Origin: an uncultured Candidatus Saccharibacteria bacterium
GTDB taxonomy: Bacteria; Patescibacteriota; Saccharimonadia; Saccharimonadales; CAZDQS01
Direction of reading: 5' to 3'
DNA: 64,000 nucleotides
NCBI GenBank assembly: GCA_964507855.1
Contig: CAZDQS010000004.1
Span: 14,888 to 78,887, forward strand
The translations under genes were made by a program, and so were the position numbers. This document shows positions 26,423 to 35,763 of the stretch, in pieces. The notes below the pieces were generated by a model. That model was given only the letters and a program-made list of their open reading frames with translations, was not told the origin of the DNA and did no database searches. The first letter of the stretch is position 1, and every line of letters begins with the position of its first letter.

Positions 26423-27076
26423 ATGGGACTATTCCTCCGACACAGAGATGAAAACACCGGCCAACACCTAGCGCCAGCCTATACCATCGGCTCAGAGAAG
26501 TCGCTGGTTATCGTGGGACTCGGCAATCACGAAAAAGAATACGACAGTACCCGACACAACATCGGTTTTGCCGCACTCGATACTTTCGCCGAACTCAATG
26601 ACATGCCGGCCTGGGCGACCAAGAAAGACCTGAAGTGCCTCTTGAGCCAGCATACTCTTGGCGACACGCGGGTTATCCTTATTAAGCCGACTACCTTTAT
26701 GAACCGCAGTGGCGAAGCTGTGCAGGCGGTACTGAAGTTTTATAAAATCCCTGTCCAAAACACCATCATCGTCCACGACGAGCTCGATCTGCCGTTTGGG
26801 CTTATCCGCACCCAGAAGGGCGGGGGAGCCGCCGGCCACAACGGCGTGAAATCAGTTATCGAACACTGTGGCGATGAGTTCGGCCGCGTACGGATCGGCA
26901 TCAAGAACGAGCTTCGCAGCCGGATGGATGGCGCGGATTTTGTCCTTGGCAAATTTACAGCCGAAGAACAAGCCCACATGAAAGCCCTCACTCAAGAGGT
27001 AAGTGCCATTCTATCAGAGGCAATATTCGGCAACGGCCTCGTCCCCGAAACCCGCCAGTTCCTCGTCGAGACATAA
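26423..27076 (+). CDS. pth: peptidyl-tRNA hydrolase
   Basis: VIVGLGNHEKEYDSTRHNIGF, MNRSGEAV, HDELDLPFG, GHNGVKS motifs. Start set at the first ATG (the ORF-track start is TTG). Confidence 0.9.
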   Translation: MGLFLRHRDENTGQHLAPAYTIGSEKSLVIVGLGNHEKEYDSTRHNIGFAALDTFAELNDMPAWATKKDLKCLLSQHTLGDTRVILIKPTTFMNRSGEAVQAVLKFYKIPVQNTIIVHDELDLPFGLIRTQKGGGAAGHNGVKSVIEHCGDEFGRVRIGIKNELRSRMDGADFVLGKFTAEEQAHMKALTQEVSAILSEAIFGNGLVPETRQFLVET

Positions 27077-27215
27077 GACAAAAAAGAGCCTGCAGAAGGC
27101 AAAAATGCCCAGTGGACATTTTTGTAGGCACGAGCGAAGCGTCATAGTGTTAAAAGCATTAAGCTCTCAGTTAAAAACAGGATGGGGCACCGCTCTCGCG
27201 CGAATCAACAAAAAA

Positions 27216-27257
27216 GAGCCTGCAGAGGGGGTGGGCACCGCTGCAGGCTCATTTTTA
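27216..27257 (+). terminator. Rho-independent terminator-like hairpin
   Basis: GAGCCTGCAG-15 nt-CTGCAGGCTC followed by ATTTTT; lies 140 nt after the pth stop. Confidence 0.6.
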
Positions 27258-27650
27258 GGCTCGAAAAACTCAAGCCCAGACTACTCCCTTCAACCCACCC
27301 CAGTGAAGCGTCATATACCATAATCAATAATAAGGTTATGCGCCTCCGCGAATGCGGAATCCGTCAAGACTCACTGGCCCACATTGAAGCCCAAGGGGGC
27401 CCTGAAAATTGCGAGAACTTCCAGAGTACTAGTTAAAGGGATTAGTCTGTTTTAGAGCGTTGGTCTAGAAGACCACGCCTGATAAGTGGAGGGTAACAAC
27501 TTACTGGCACGCTCTAAAACAATCTAACAATTTGTTAGAATTGGGGGTATAAGGTACGTTAAGCTCGCATATACGAACTTACGAATTGCAATTCTAGCAA
27601 AAAGATGTCTTTGTGTCAATACCTTTCAATAAATTTGTACATATTACAAA

Positions 27651-28511
27651 ATGAGTATAACAACGCTTAAGCTTGTAAATAAAGACATCCCTGAACCGCT
27701 CAGGCATATCCCTACGCCCCCGAAACAACTCTGGGTTCTCGGCAATCTCACCCCACTGCTGGATAAACCAAAAGTGGCCGTTATTGGTAGCCGCAAAGCA
27801 TCGCCTTACGGGACCCATACCACCGAGAAGCTGGCTGGCGAGCTAGCGGGGAAGGGTATTGTCATCATCAGCGGGCTGGCGCTCGGGATAGACGGTATCG
27901 CCCACCGGGCAGCGCTCGGCAGTGGTGGGCACACTATTGCAGTGCTGCCATGCGGTCTGGAGCGCGTCTATCCCTCTTCACACCGGGAACTGGCGAAACG
28001 CATTCTGGATGGCGGCGGCGCACTTATCAGCGAGTACCCCGAGGGTACTGAGCCGCGCCGCGAGAACTTCATTGCCCGCAACCGCCTCATATCAGGCTTG
28101 GCCGACGGCGTGCTAATACCCGAAGCAGCCGAGAAGAGCGGCAGCCTGCATACCGCCAACTTTGCCCTGGAGCAGGGAAGGACGGTCATGGCCGTACCCG
28201 GCAATATCACCAGCCCGACGAGTAAGGGGACAAACAACCTTATTAAAAGCGGTGCTACACCGGTCACCGAGGCTGCCGACGTGCTGCACGCGCTTGGCCT
28301 GGAAGGGATCACACCAGAGCAGACTGAATTACTCGGCCAGAACAGGGAGGAGCAAATTGTGCTAGACCTACTAGGCGACGGTGTTACCGATGCCGCCGAG
28401 CTGCTGGCGCGCAGCGAACTGACCGCGCCCGCATTCAACCAAACTCTCACTATGCTGGAGATTACCGGCCGCATTAAACCAGTGGGCGCCGGGCATTGGA
28501 CACTTCGGTAG
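27651..28511 (+). CDS. dprA: DNA processing protein DprA
   Basis: GSRKASPYG, ISGLALGIDGIAHRAAL, NRLISGL motifs of the DprA Rossmann fold. Confidence 0.9.
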   Translation: MSITTLKLVNKDIPEPLRHIPTPPKQLWVLGNLTPLLDKPKVAVIGSRKASPYGTHTTEKLAGELAGKGIVIISGLALGIDGIAHRAALGSGGHTIAVLPCGLERVYPSSHRELAKRILDGGGALISEYPEGTEPRRENFIARNRLISGLADGVLIPEAAEKSGSLHTANFALEQGRTVMAVPGNITSPTSKGTNNLIKSGATPVTEAADVLHALGLEGITPEQTELLGQNREEQIVLDLLGDGVTDAAELLARSELTAPAFNQTLTMLEITGRIKPVGAGHWTLR

Positions 28512-28515
28512 AGTA

Positions 28516-28544
28516 TTGACATTTTTTAATTTTTATGGTAAATT
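28516..28544 (+). promoter_or_regulatory. sigma-70-like promoter candidate
   Basis: TTGACA - 17 nt - TAAATT, about 85 nt upstream of the 28628 ATG. Confidence 0.4.
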
Positions 28545-28627
28545 CATTCAATCCTGGCAATTGCCTGGATACCACCGTTCTCACCTGAAAAGGTTTTGAG
28601 AACCCGCACCTGAGGAGAATAGACAGA

Positions 28628-28939
28628 ATGACCAACGAGGCAGTCCTGGACCTCGACCACACCGACGACAACGCTCCGGTGTACATCGCCGACATCCCCG
28701 TAGAAATCACTCTTCATGCCTTAGGGCATGTGGATCGGCTGAACGATTCGGCCATCATCGACTGCTTCACCTGCACTGGTGAGAAGACGTTCCTCGTGCA
28801 GCAGCACCAGTTCCTGGATGGGACGCACCACGTCAGTGGTGTCTTCGACCCGTTCGGGGACTCCATCGACGCCCGTTTCACCTGCACGCTCGACTTCCAG
28901 TCGGACATGGAGACGTGCATCATCAAGCGTGTCCGCTGA
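28628..28939 (+). CDS. hypothetical acidic protein (103 aa), GC3-rich
   Basis: ORF with GAGGAG SD and an upstream promoter candidate. Codon third positions are strongly G/C, unlike the flanking genes. Confidence 0.6.
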   Translation: MTNEAVLDLDHTDDNAPVYIADIPVEITLHALGHVDRLNDSAIIDCFTCTGEKTFLVQQHQFLDGTHHVSGVFDPFGDSIDARFTCTLDFQSDMETCIIKRVR

Positions 28940-29260
28940 GGCGGATACCAAGAGAGGCGCCGGGGAAGGCAGAAGAGCGACCACAAGTCGCGTCCTTCCT
29001 CGGCAGGGGTTTTGGTTATTTCTATTTCTCCTCAGGTTTTTCTCTTATTGTTTATGATCATGCTGATATTCGAGCGTTCAGCGAGAATATATGCCGAACC
29101 CAAGAAAACAATTCCTTTATGAAAAATAAGTTTTCTTAGCGTGAAGCTATATGAGTCCAAAAGGACGAAAACGAAAAAACTTGCCAAAACCCCTGCTAAT
29201 GCGGTAGGGTGAAGTGCTGTTGCATTGTGCCAATGCCTTTCGCAACGTAAGATACTACTT

Positions 29261-31555
29261 ATGGCAAAAAACTTAGTTATCGTAGAGAGCCCGGCAAAAG
29301 CCAAGACGATTGAGAAGTACCTGGGCAAAGATTTTGTGGTCAAAAGCAGTTTTGGCCATATCCGGGATTTGCCCAAAAAAGGCCTCGCGATTGATAAAGA
29401 AAAAGGCTTCGAACCGTCTTATGAGATTTCCGCCGACAAGAAGAAGGTCGTCGCCGAACTCCGCAAAGCCGCCAAGAGCGCCGAGACCGTCTGGCTGGCA
29501 AGTGATGAAGACCGCGAAGGAGAGGCGATTGCCTGGCACCTCTGCCACGCCCTGAAGCTTGACCCCAAGAAGACCAAGCGGATTGTCTTTCACGAAATCA
29601 CCAAGCCCGCCATCCTGCACGCTATTGAAAACCCACGCACCGTTGACCAGCACCTCGTTGATGCCCAGCAGGCCCGCCGCGTCCTCGACCGGCTTGTCGG
29701 GTATGAACTCTCACCAGTACTCTGGAAAAAAGTCCGCACCGGCTTAAGCGCCGGCCGCGTACAATCCGTCGCCGTCCGGCTCATCGTTGAGCGCGAGCGT
29801 GAGATTAAAGAATTCGAGGCCGAAAGCAGCTTCAAGGTCACGGCTATCTTTACAATAGGCAAAGAAGAGCTCAAAGCTGAACTCAGCACTAAGTTCCCGG
29901 ACATTGCCGCTGCCCGGAAGTTCCTCGAAGCCTGCATTAATGACACTTTTACTGTCCAAGACGTTGCCACCAAGCCTGGCTCGCGCAACCCGGGGCCGCC
30001 ATTTACGACCAGCTCACTCCAGCAGGAAGCCGCCCGCCGGCTCGGTTACAGCGTCCGCCAGACCATGACGCTCGCCCAGCGCCTGTACGAGAGCGGTCAC
30101 ATTACCTATATGCGTACCGACAGCACCAACTTGGCTGGCCAGGCAATCAAAGCAGCCGAGGATTACATCAAGAAGTCCTATGGTGACAAGTATCACCAGG
30201 TACGCCAGTACAAGACCAAATCCGCCGGCGCCCAGGAAGCCCACGAAGCCATCAGGCCGACCGATTTCACTAAGACAAGCGCCGGCAGTGATGCTCAACA
30301 AAAGAAGTTATACGAGCTTATCTGGCGCCGCGCCCTCGCCAGCCAGATGGCACCTGCCGCCATTGACCGCACCGAGATCACTATTGCGCCGTCGAAATCA
30401 AAGGAGACGTTTATCGCCAAGGGCGAAGTACTTATATTTGACGGTTTCCTCAAGGTGTACGGCGGCGGCAAAGATGATGTGATTTTGCCTAAAGTTGAAA
30501 AAGGCCAACGTCTTGACCTGTCCACGATGACCGCTGCGGAGGTATTCAGCCGTCCGCCGGCCCGCTACTCTGAAGCCAGCCTCGTCAAGAAGCTCGAGGA
30601 GCTTGGCATCGGCCGGCCAAGTACCTACGCGCCGACCATCAGCACTATCCAATCTCGCGGCTACGTTGAGAAACGCGACCTTGAGGGCGTAGAACGTGAA
30701 GTACAGACACTCACGCTAGAGAAGGGAAGCGTAACCGAAGCCACCACCACCGAAGTGACAGGAGCTGACCGCGGCAAACTCCTGCCGACCGACATCGCCA
30801 TGATGACGACCGACTTCTTGACCAAACACTTTAGTGACATCGTAGACTTTGACTTCACCGCCCGGGCAGAGGAGGAGTTTGATGAAATCGCCGACGGCAA
30901 GCAGACCTGGAACAAGATGATCAAAGAGTTCTATACCGGTTTCCAGCCGCTCATCGGCAAGGCGGAAGACATCAGCCGCGAGGAAACCAGCCAAGCCCGC
31001 GTGCTTGGGCAAGACCCCAAGAGCGGCAAGCCTGTGATAGCCCGTTATGGCCGCTACGGTGCTATGTTACAGATTGGCGAGGTAGAAGACGACGAAAAGC
31101 CTCGGTTTGCGCCGCTGCCGCAAGGAACGACACTCGAGACCGTCACATTCGAGCAGGCTATGGAGATGTTCAAGCTGCCGCGCGACGTCGGCACCACCAA
31201 AGACGGCGAAGTTATCAAAGCCAACATCGGCCGCTTTGGCCCATACATCCAGATCAACAAGACGTACGTCTCGATCAAGCCCCTCGACCCGCTGACTATC
31301 ACCGAAGCGGAAGCCCGCAAACTTTACGAAGAAAAGCTGGAAAAAGAAGCCAACAAGTACATCAACCGCTTCCCAGGCGGCATAGATGTTGTCAACGGCC
31401 CATACGGCCCATACATTACCAACGGCAAGAAGAATGCCAAAATCCCGAAAGACGCCGATCCCAAGAGCATCACCGAAGCCCAAGCTAAAGAGCTGCTTGA
31501 GAAGGCCCCTGCAAAAGGTCGCCGCTTCCCCCGCCGCAAATCCCGCGCCAAATAG
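29261..31555 (+). CDS. topA: DNA topoisomerase I
   Basis: MAKNLVIVESPAKAKTIEKYLG (Toprim), ITYMRTDS active-site Tyr motif; C-terminal Lys-rich repeats. Start moved to the MAKN ATG. Confidence 0.95.
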   Translation: MAKNLVIVESPAKAKTIEKYLGKDFVVKSSFGHIRDLPKKGLAIDKEKGFEPSYEISADKKKVVAELRKAAKSAETVWLASDEDREGEAIAWHLCHALKLDPKKTKRIVFHEITKPAILHAIENPRTVDQHLVDAQQARRVLDRLVGYELSPVLWKKVRTGLSAGRVQSVAVRLIVEREREIKEFEAESSFKVTAIFTIGKEELKAELSTKFPDIAAARKFLEACINDTFTVQDVATKPGSRNPGPPFTTSSLQQEAARRLGYSVRQTMTLAQRLYESGHITYMRTDSTNLAGQAIKAAEDYIKKSYGDKYHQVRQYKTKSAGAQEAHEAIRPTDFTKTSAGSDAQQKKLYELIWRRALASQMAPAAIDRTEITIAPSKSKETFIAKGEVLIFDGFLKVYGGGKDDVILPKVEKGQRLDLSTMTAAEVFSRPPARYSEASLVKKLEELGIGRPSTYAPTISTIQSRGYVEKRDLEGVEREVQTLTLEKGSVTEATTTEVTGADRGKLLPTDIAMMTTDFLTKHFSDIVDFDFTARAEEEFDEIADGKQTWNKMIKEFYTGFQPLIGKAEDISREETSQARVLGQDPKSGKPVIARYGRYGAMLQIGEVEDDEKPRFAPLPQGTTLETVTFEQAMEMFKLPRDVGTTKDGEVIKANIGRFGPYIQINKTYVSIKPLDPLTITEAEARKLYEEKLEKEANKYINRFPGGIDVVNGPYGPYITNGKKNAKIPKDADPKSITEAQAKELLEKAPAKGRRFPRRKSRAK

Positions 31556-31574
31556 CCTAAGTGTCCGATTGGTA

Positions 31575-31603
31575 TTGAAAAAGTTTGTATATTGTGTTAT
31601 TAT
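31575..31603 (+). promoter_or_regulatory. sigma-70-like promoter candidate
   Basis: TTGAAA - 17 nt - TATTAT immediately after the topA stop. Confidence 0.45.
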
Positions 31604-31662
31604 ATAGATATCTCCGTTGAGCAATAAGCTCCAGAGATGCTCTTCAAGCAGACAGACAGCTC

Positions 31663-31911
31663 ATGATTGCTGGGCAGCACAGCTACCGCCTGTGCCCCAC
31701 AATCTTCCCGCACAACGAAAGGACCACTGTGTCAGCAGCCATCCCCGGCATCGCATCTATTGTGACGGCAATCTTCTGTGGTTTATGCACAGCTACTGCC
31801 GTAGACAACAAGAAGGCCTCCTTCTACGGAATGGCAGCCTTCACTGGTCTCATGGCCATCCTAACTGGGATGCTTGCCGCAAGCCAGCTCATCATCGAGA
31901 ACATGGGATAA
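31663..31911 (+). CDS. small two-TM membrane protein (82 aa; possibly 60 aa from the GTG at 31729)
   Basis: Two hydrophobic helices (AAIPGIASIVTAIFCGLC; MAAFTGLMAILTGMLAA). AAAGGA lies 7 nt before the internal GTG. Confidence 0.4.
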   Translation: MIAGQHSYRLCPTIFPHNERTTVSAAIPGIASIVTAIFCGLCTATAVDNKKASFYGMAAFTGLMAILTGMLAASQLIIENMG

Positions 31912-32035
31912 CTCCTTTTGACATCAGCCGTTCCGGCCACCAGAAGCAAGCAGAGAGAAGGGTGTGGAGACACACAAAGGATCTGCTCGCCAACTGGCTT
32001 GCACCTCTTTTGTCTCTACATTGTTCTGTCTGCTT

Positions 32036-32092
32036 GGTTCGCTTCACGAATGTGTGTTTGTGCTGATGAGCCGAAAACGGCGAAAGCGAGCC
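32036..32092 (+). ncRNA. type III hammerhead ribozyme
   Basis: Read 5' to 3': GGUUCGCU-U (cleavage after 32044), stem I hairpin CACGAA-UGUGUG-UUUGUG, core CUGAUGA, stem II GCCG-AAAA-CGGC, then GAAA-GCGAGCC. All conserved core nucleotides are present and all three stems pair. Confidence 0.85.
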
Positions 32093-32276
32093 TAAAGTTA
32101 GTAAATAAGCATAAGAATGTACCTTTGGCACATATTTTTCCACAGCTCACATCTATTACTTAGTAATATTGCTATGCAAAATATGGGCGAGAACGTCCAC
32201 TACGTGCTACAATAATTACGCACAACACATTCGCCGCAACACCGCGAACGAAAAGAGAAAAAAGCGGCCGTAAGTG

Positions 32277-32305
32277 TTGACTTTAACAAACTAACGTTAT
32301 ATAAT
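32277..32305 (+). promoter_or_regulatory. sigma-70-like promoter
   Basis: TTGACT - 17 nt - TATAAT, about 120 nt upstream of the 32424 ATG. Confidence 0.55.
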
Positions 32306-32423
32306 TAGTTAATTCATGCTGGTGGATTGACGGCGACCGTAGGCATGCAGGGTAGGGAACTACAGCCGATCCCCCTCACATCTAAAAGTACGACTAAAAC
32401 AGCAAATAACAGATAGGAAGTAT

Positions 32424-33464
32424 ATGCCTGACACTGAAGTACAAGCCAAGACGTTGAACATCGAAGTCATTGTTAATGACGTCCTGGAGACTATTGAACG
32501 AGAGCGTGAGCGTGAAATTGTTGCTCGACGCTTTGGCTTGTTTGATCGCAAGGAAACACTGGAGCAAATCGGTGAACTCCTTGGTATTACCCGTGAGCGT
32601 GTCCGCCAGCTTGAGAAGGCTGTCGTCGCCCGCCTCAAGGCCGCTGCCGGCAATGACCTGCCGCACATCGGTGAAATCGAAGAGACATTCGTCACCCACC
32701 TGCGCGAACTCGGCGGCGTCAGTCGTATCAGCAACCTCAGTGAGCGTTTGACGGCTGAGAACAGCCGGGTAGACCAGGCACGTGTATCCTTCCTCGCCCA
32801 GCTCTGCCCGCAACTCGTCGTTATTGATGAAAACGACCACTTTTACCACTCTGCCGGTTTGGCCGAACTCCATGACGAGAAGGCCCTTAAGGCTCAGGTA
32901 GCCAAGATTATTGACGCCATCAAGAAGATCGGTGAACCGACCCAGATAGACAAGATTGCAGAAGCCGTCGGCGATGCCGATCCGGCACATACCGAAGCAC
33001 TCGCCAGCACCTCGAAGCACCTCGCGACTCTCAACGGCCGCTGGGGCCTCGTCAAGTGGCCGATGGTCAACCCCAAGAACATCCGCGACAAGATCTACGT
33101 CATCCTGCACGACAACAAAAAGCCGCTGCACTTCAATGAAATTGCCGACGCTATTAAGAAATCCAGCTTCAAGCGCAAGGATGTTACCACCCAGGCTATC
33201 CATAACGAGCTCATCAAAGATAAGCGCTTTGTCCTCATTGGTCGTGGTATCTACGCCCTCAAGGAATGGGGTTATGAGCGCGGCACCGTTGCCGATATCA
33301 TCGCCGATGTCCTCAAGAAGGCCGGTGAACCGCTACACCGCGACGAGATCGTCAAGCGCGTGCTGAAGAGCCGCCAGGTTAAGGAGACGACTATTCTCCT
33401 GAACCTCCAGGGTAAGCCGCAGTTCAAGCGTGTCGCCAAGGCCACCTACGCGCTCGCTGAATAG
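32424..33464 (+). CDS. sigma-70 region 4-like HTH plus HARE-HTH (RpoE-delta-like) domain protein
   Basis: REREIVARRFGLFDRKETLEQIGELLGITRERVRQLEKAVVARLK (region 4). C-terminal LHFNEIADAIKK...RFVLIGRGIYALKEWGYERG repeated HARE-HTH-like modules. Confidence 0.75.
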   Translation: MPDTEVQAKTLNIEVIVNDVLETIEREREREIVARRFGLFDRKETLEQIGELLGITRERVRQLEKAVVARLKAAAGNDLPHIGEIEETFVTHLRELGGVSRISNLSERLTAENSRVDQARVSFLAQLCPQLVVIDENDHFYHSAGLAELHDEKALKAQVAKIIDAIKKIGEPTQIDKIAEAVGDADPAHTEALASTSKHLATLNGRWGLVKWPMVNPKNIRDKIYVILHDNKKPLHFNEIADAIKKSSFKRKDVTTQAIHNELIKDKRFVLIGRGIYALKEWGYERGTVADIIADVLKKAGEPLHRDEIVKRVLKSRQVKETTILLNLQGKPQFKRVAKATYALAE

Positions 33465-33489
33465 CGAATTTTCTTAATGCATAAAACCT

Positions 33490-33526
33490 GCCCTCCTGTT
33501 ATTGATTAAAAACAGGAGGGCTTTTA
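33490..33526 (+). terminator. Rho-independent terminator
   Basis: GCCCTCCTGTT-10 nt-AACAGGAGGGC followed by TTTTAT. The 3' arm doubles as the SD of the next ORF. Confidence 0.7.
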
Positions 33527-33527
33527 T

Positions 33528-33773
33528 ATGGGCAAGAAGGACGAAATAGGGCAGGCAGACGTACCACTTGTGTCAATGCAGCCGCTATGGGAGCTGGGCA
33601 TCACAGAAGTCACAGGGCATAATCTGGAAACCCAGGGAAGGAAAGAAGTAAACCGGCTACTCAAAGAAGGATGGCTGCTTTTGCACGTCTATACGTTAAA
33701 ATATCAAGAGGACAACATCTGGCGTGAGCGTCCTATGGCAATCCTTGGCCTCCCCGGCAAACACTCGGACTAG
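33528..33773 (+). CDS. hypothetical protein (81 aa)
   Basis: ORF with AGGAGG SD. Confidence 0.45.
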   Translation: MGKKDEIGQADVPLVSMQPLWELGITEVTGHNLETQGRKEVNRLLKEGWLLLHVYTLKYQEDNIWRERPMAILGLPGKHSD

Positions 33774-33819
33774 CACGACGTTTCGCTCCCTTACGCAAAC
33801 ATAACCAAAAGGAGGAACA

Positions 33820-34095
33820 ATGACGAGCGAGGTACAGAAAGATACCTTCGCTAATGATGCATGGCTTAATGATGCCATGAAGAAAGCGGCCGCGATTGCG
33901 GAACAACAAGGAAGAACAACCGAAGATGTGCTGCATAGCGCTCTCAGGCTGGGCCTGGAGGGTATACAGCTTGGCGAAGATGTCGTCGCGGTCATAGGAT
34001 TAGGCAGACAAGTGGCCGCCCGTACAGAAAGCTGGGCTGACGCGCTCGGTCTTTCCCCAGAAGCCTACGTCGAGAGACGACTTATGAACTCATGA
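33820..34095 (+). CDS. hypothetical protein (91 aa)
   Basis: ORF with AAAGGAGG SD 5 nt upstream of the ATG. Confidence 0.5.
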   Translation: MTSEVQKDTFANDAWLNDAMKKAAAIAEQQGRTTEDVLHSALRLGLEGIQLGEDVVAVIGLGRQVAARTESWADALGLSPEAYVERRLMNS

Positions 34096-34157
34096 CAACT
34101 GTACAAAATACGAACAGTCATTGTGCCTAAACTCATGGCTCGAAAATTACATAAAGG

Positions 34158-34182
34158 CACGGCACCACAGCCGTGTTTTTAT
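34158..34182 (+). terminator. Rho-independent terminator
   Basis: CACGGC-ACCACA-GCCGTG followed by TTTTTAT. Confidence 0.65.
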
Positions 34183-34851
34183 ATGGATGACAGTGAGTAG
34201 GCAAGCATGGAAAAAATTACGCAGAGCATGTAGGAAAAACTATAAAAATAGCAGCCCAGACCGGCAGCAGAGCACATGAAAGCAAATATAGACTATATGT
34301 CGCACAATGTATATTTTGCGACTCTATATTGTAGATTAAAGATGATAACTCATACGTCCCCTGCAGGGGAGTAATCCGCCGTTTGCGCGTATTATCGCGC
34401 ATAACTCGCTCCTCGCAGTGTACGCGTCATGTTTGCATTACCACTCCATGATGCCGCCATCAAGTACTTGTGCATTGGCGTCCAGTACGCACTGTGAGAA
34501 TTGCAACATTGCCAGAGTTTTCCACATGTGAAAACTTGCATTATTTGACTTTTCACGTTTTTGTAACTTTATTATATATTTCCCCTGCCTCTCACTCTTT
34601 TCCCCGTTTTTGACTTTTGCCCTATTGCATATTGTTATATAGTTTTTTGCCACCCGACCCTGTACTTCCGTATATGAACAATTTACGAACATCTAGGGGA
34701 GAAGCGGGGACGAAAGAGCTTAGCGTGGCTTTGTTGGTACAGACGTTGATACAGCCTTATCGCAGCAAACTATATGGTTACCAAAGGCACGAGCACTATT
34801 GCCGCAAACAGAAAGCAGAGCTGGCTTGCCCTTCCCTCGCCGAGAGATAGG

Positions 34852-35763
34852 CTACTTATAGTAAGCGCGTTCATGGACGCGCACGTCGATATATTCAGCT
34901 GGCAGTTTGCCTTCAGCTTGCAGCCGCTGCTGGACCGCAAAGAGAGTGCCTGCCTGCTGGCGAGCATCGCCAAGCATGTCGAACTTTATGTAGTACTGCA
35001 GCCCTTCAAGTTTGACATGCAGCTCGCTAGCAACAGCGGGTAAGGAAAGTGAGCTGATTGTTAAACCCTTATTACTAAACTGTCTGCTAATCTCACGGAT
35101 AAATTTTACGTCGCTAGCTGGCAACACAGCCCGGCCGGCCTCAAGCTCAACACCGGTGACGTCCTCTACGATCGGCAGGTTACTTTTATCAAGCCGCACG
35201 ATTTTGGAGACATCCGCAATAGCCACGCCTTGTTCATCCACCACAAAGCCGCCTTGCTGGCTGGTCAGGATTAATGCGGGCGCTTTTGGTGCAATATGTA
35301 TCACTGGCCGACGGCCCATGAGAGGCAAAGACACTTCCGCGGTCGCAAGTTCCGGAAACTGCCCCTTGAGCTCACGCGCTACCTTCTGCCGATCAATCGT
35401 TAGCTTATTGTAGTTGAGAAGCGACCCAGAAATTATCGTGCGGGCCGCCTCTTGGTAAACTCCGGCCTCACGATACAGTGGCACTACTGACGTACTGCTG
35501 ACTTGGATAACTTTAGGGCTGGGATCAACGCCAAGCACATACAGGAAACAGATAGCGATAGCCGCTGCAGCGAGAATCGACGGCGTGTGGCGCACCCACC
35601 AGCCGCGTGGGCGACGCTTCTGCGCGAATGCTTCAGTATTGCGCGCTCCCCTTCCTTCACCATCCAGACCGCTTGAGTAGTACGAGAATACATTACTCGG
35701 CCGCTGTGGAATAACCGGCCGACTGCGGGCGGACTGCTTGTTACCCTTCCCCCATCTCATCAC
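34852..35763 (-). CDS. ftsQ: cell division protein FtsQ/DivIB (POTRA domain)
   Basis: Basic N-terminus, single TM (ILAAAAIAICFLYVLGV), POTRA-like region; position directly after murG in the dcw cluster. Confidence 0.8.
   Translation of the reverse strand: MMRWGKGNKQSARSRPVIPQRPSNVFSYYSSGLDGEGRGARNTEAFAQKRRPRGWWVRHTPSILAAAAIAICFLYVLGVDPSPKVIQVSSTSVVPLYREAGVYQEAARTIISGSLLNYNKLTIDRQKVARELKGQFPELATAEVSLPLMGRRPVIHIAPKAPALILTSQQGGFVVDEQGVAIADVSKIVRLDKSNLPIVEDVTGVELEAGRAVLPASDVKFIREISRQFSNKGLTISSLSLPAVASELHVKLEGLQYYIKFDMLGDARQQAGTLFAVQQRLQAEGKLPAEYIDVRVHERAYYK

Noticed and set aside
27449-27520. GTTTTAGAGC looks like the start of a type II (Cas9) CRISPR repeat, and its reverse complement occurs 52 nt later
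   Set aside because: There is only one inverted pair, not a direct-repeat array. No spacers and no cas genes are present. It is better explained as the closing helix of a small hairpin structure.
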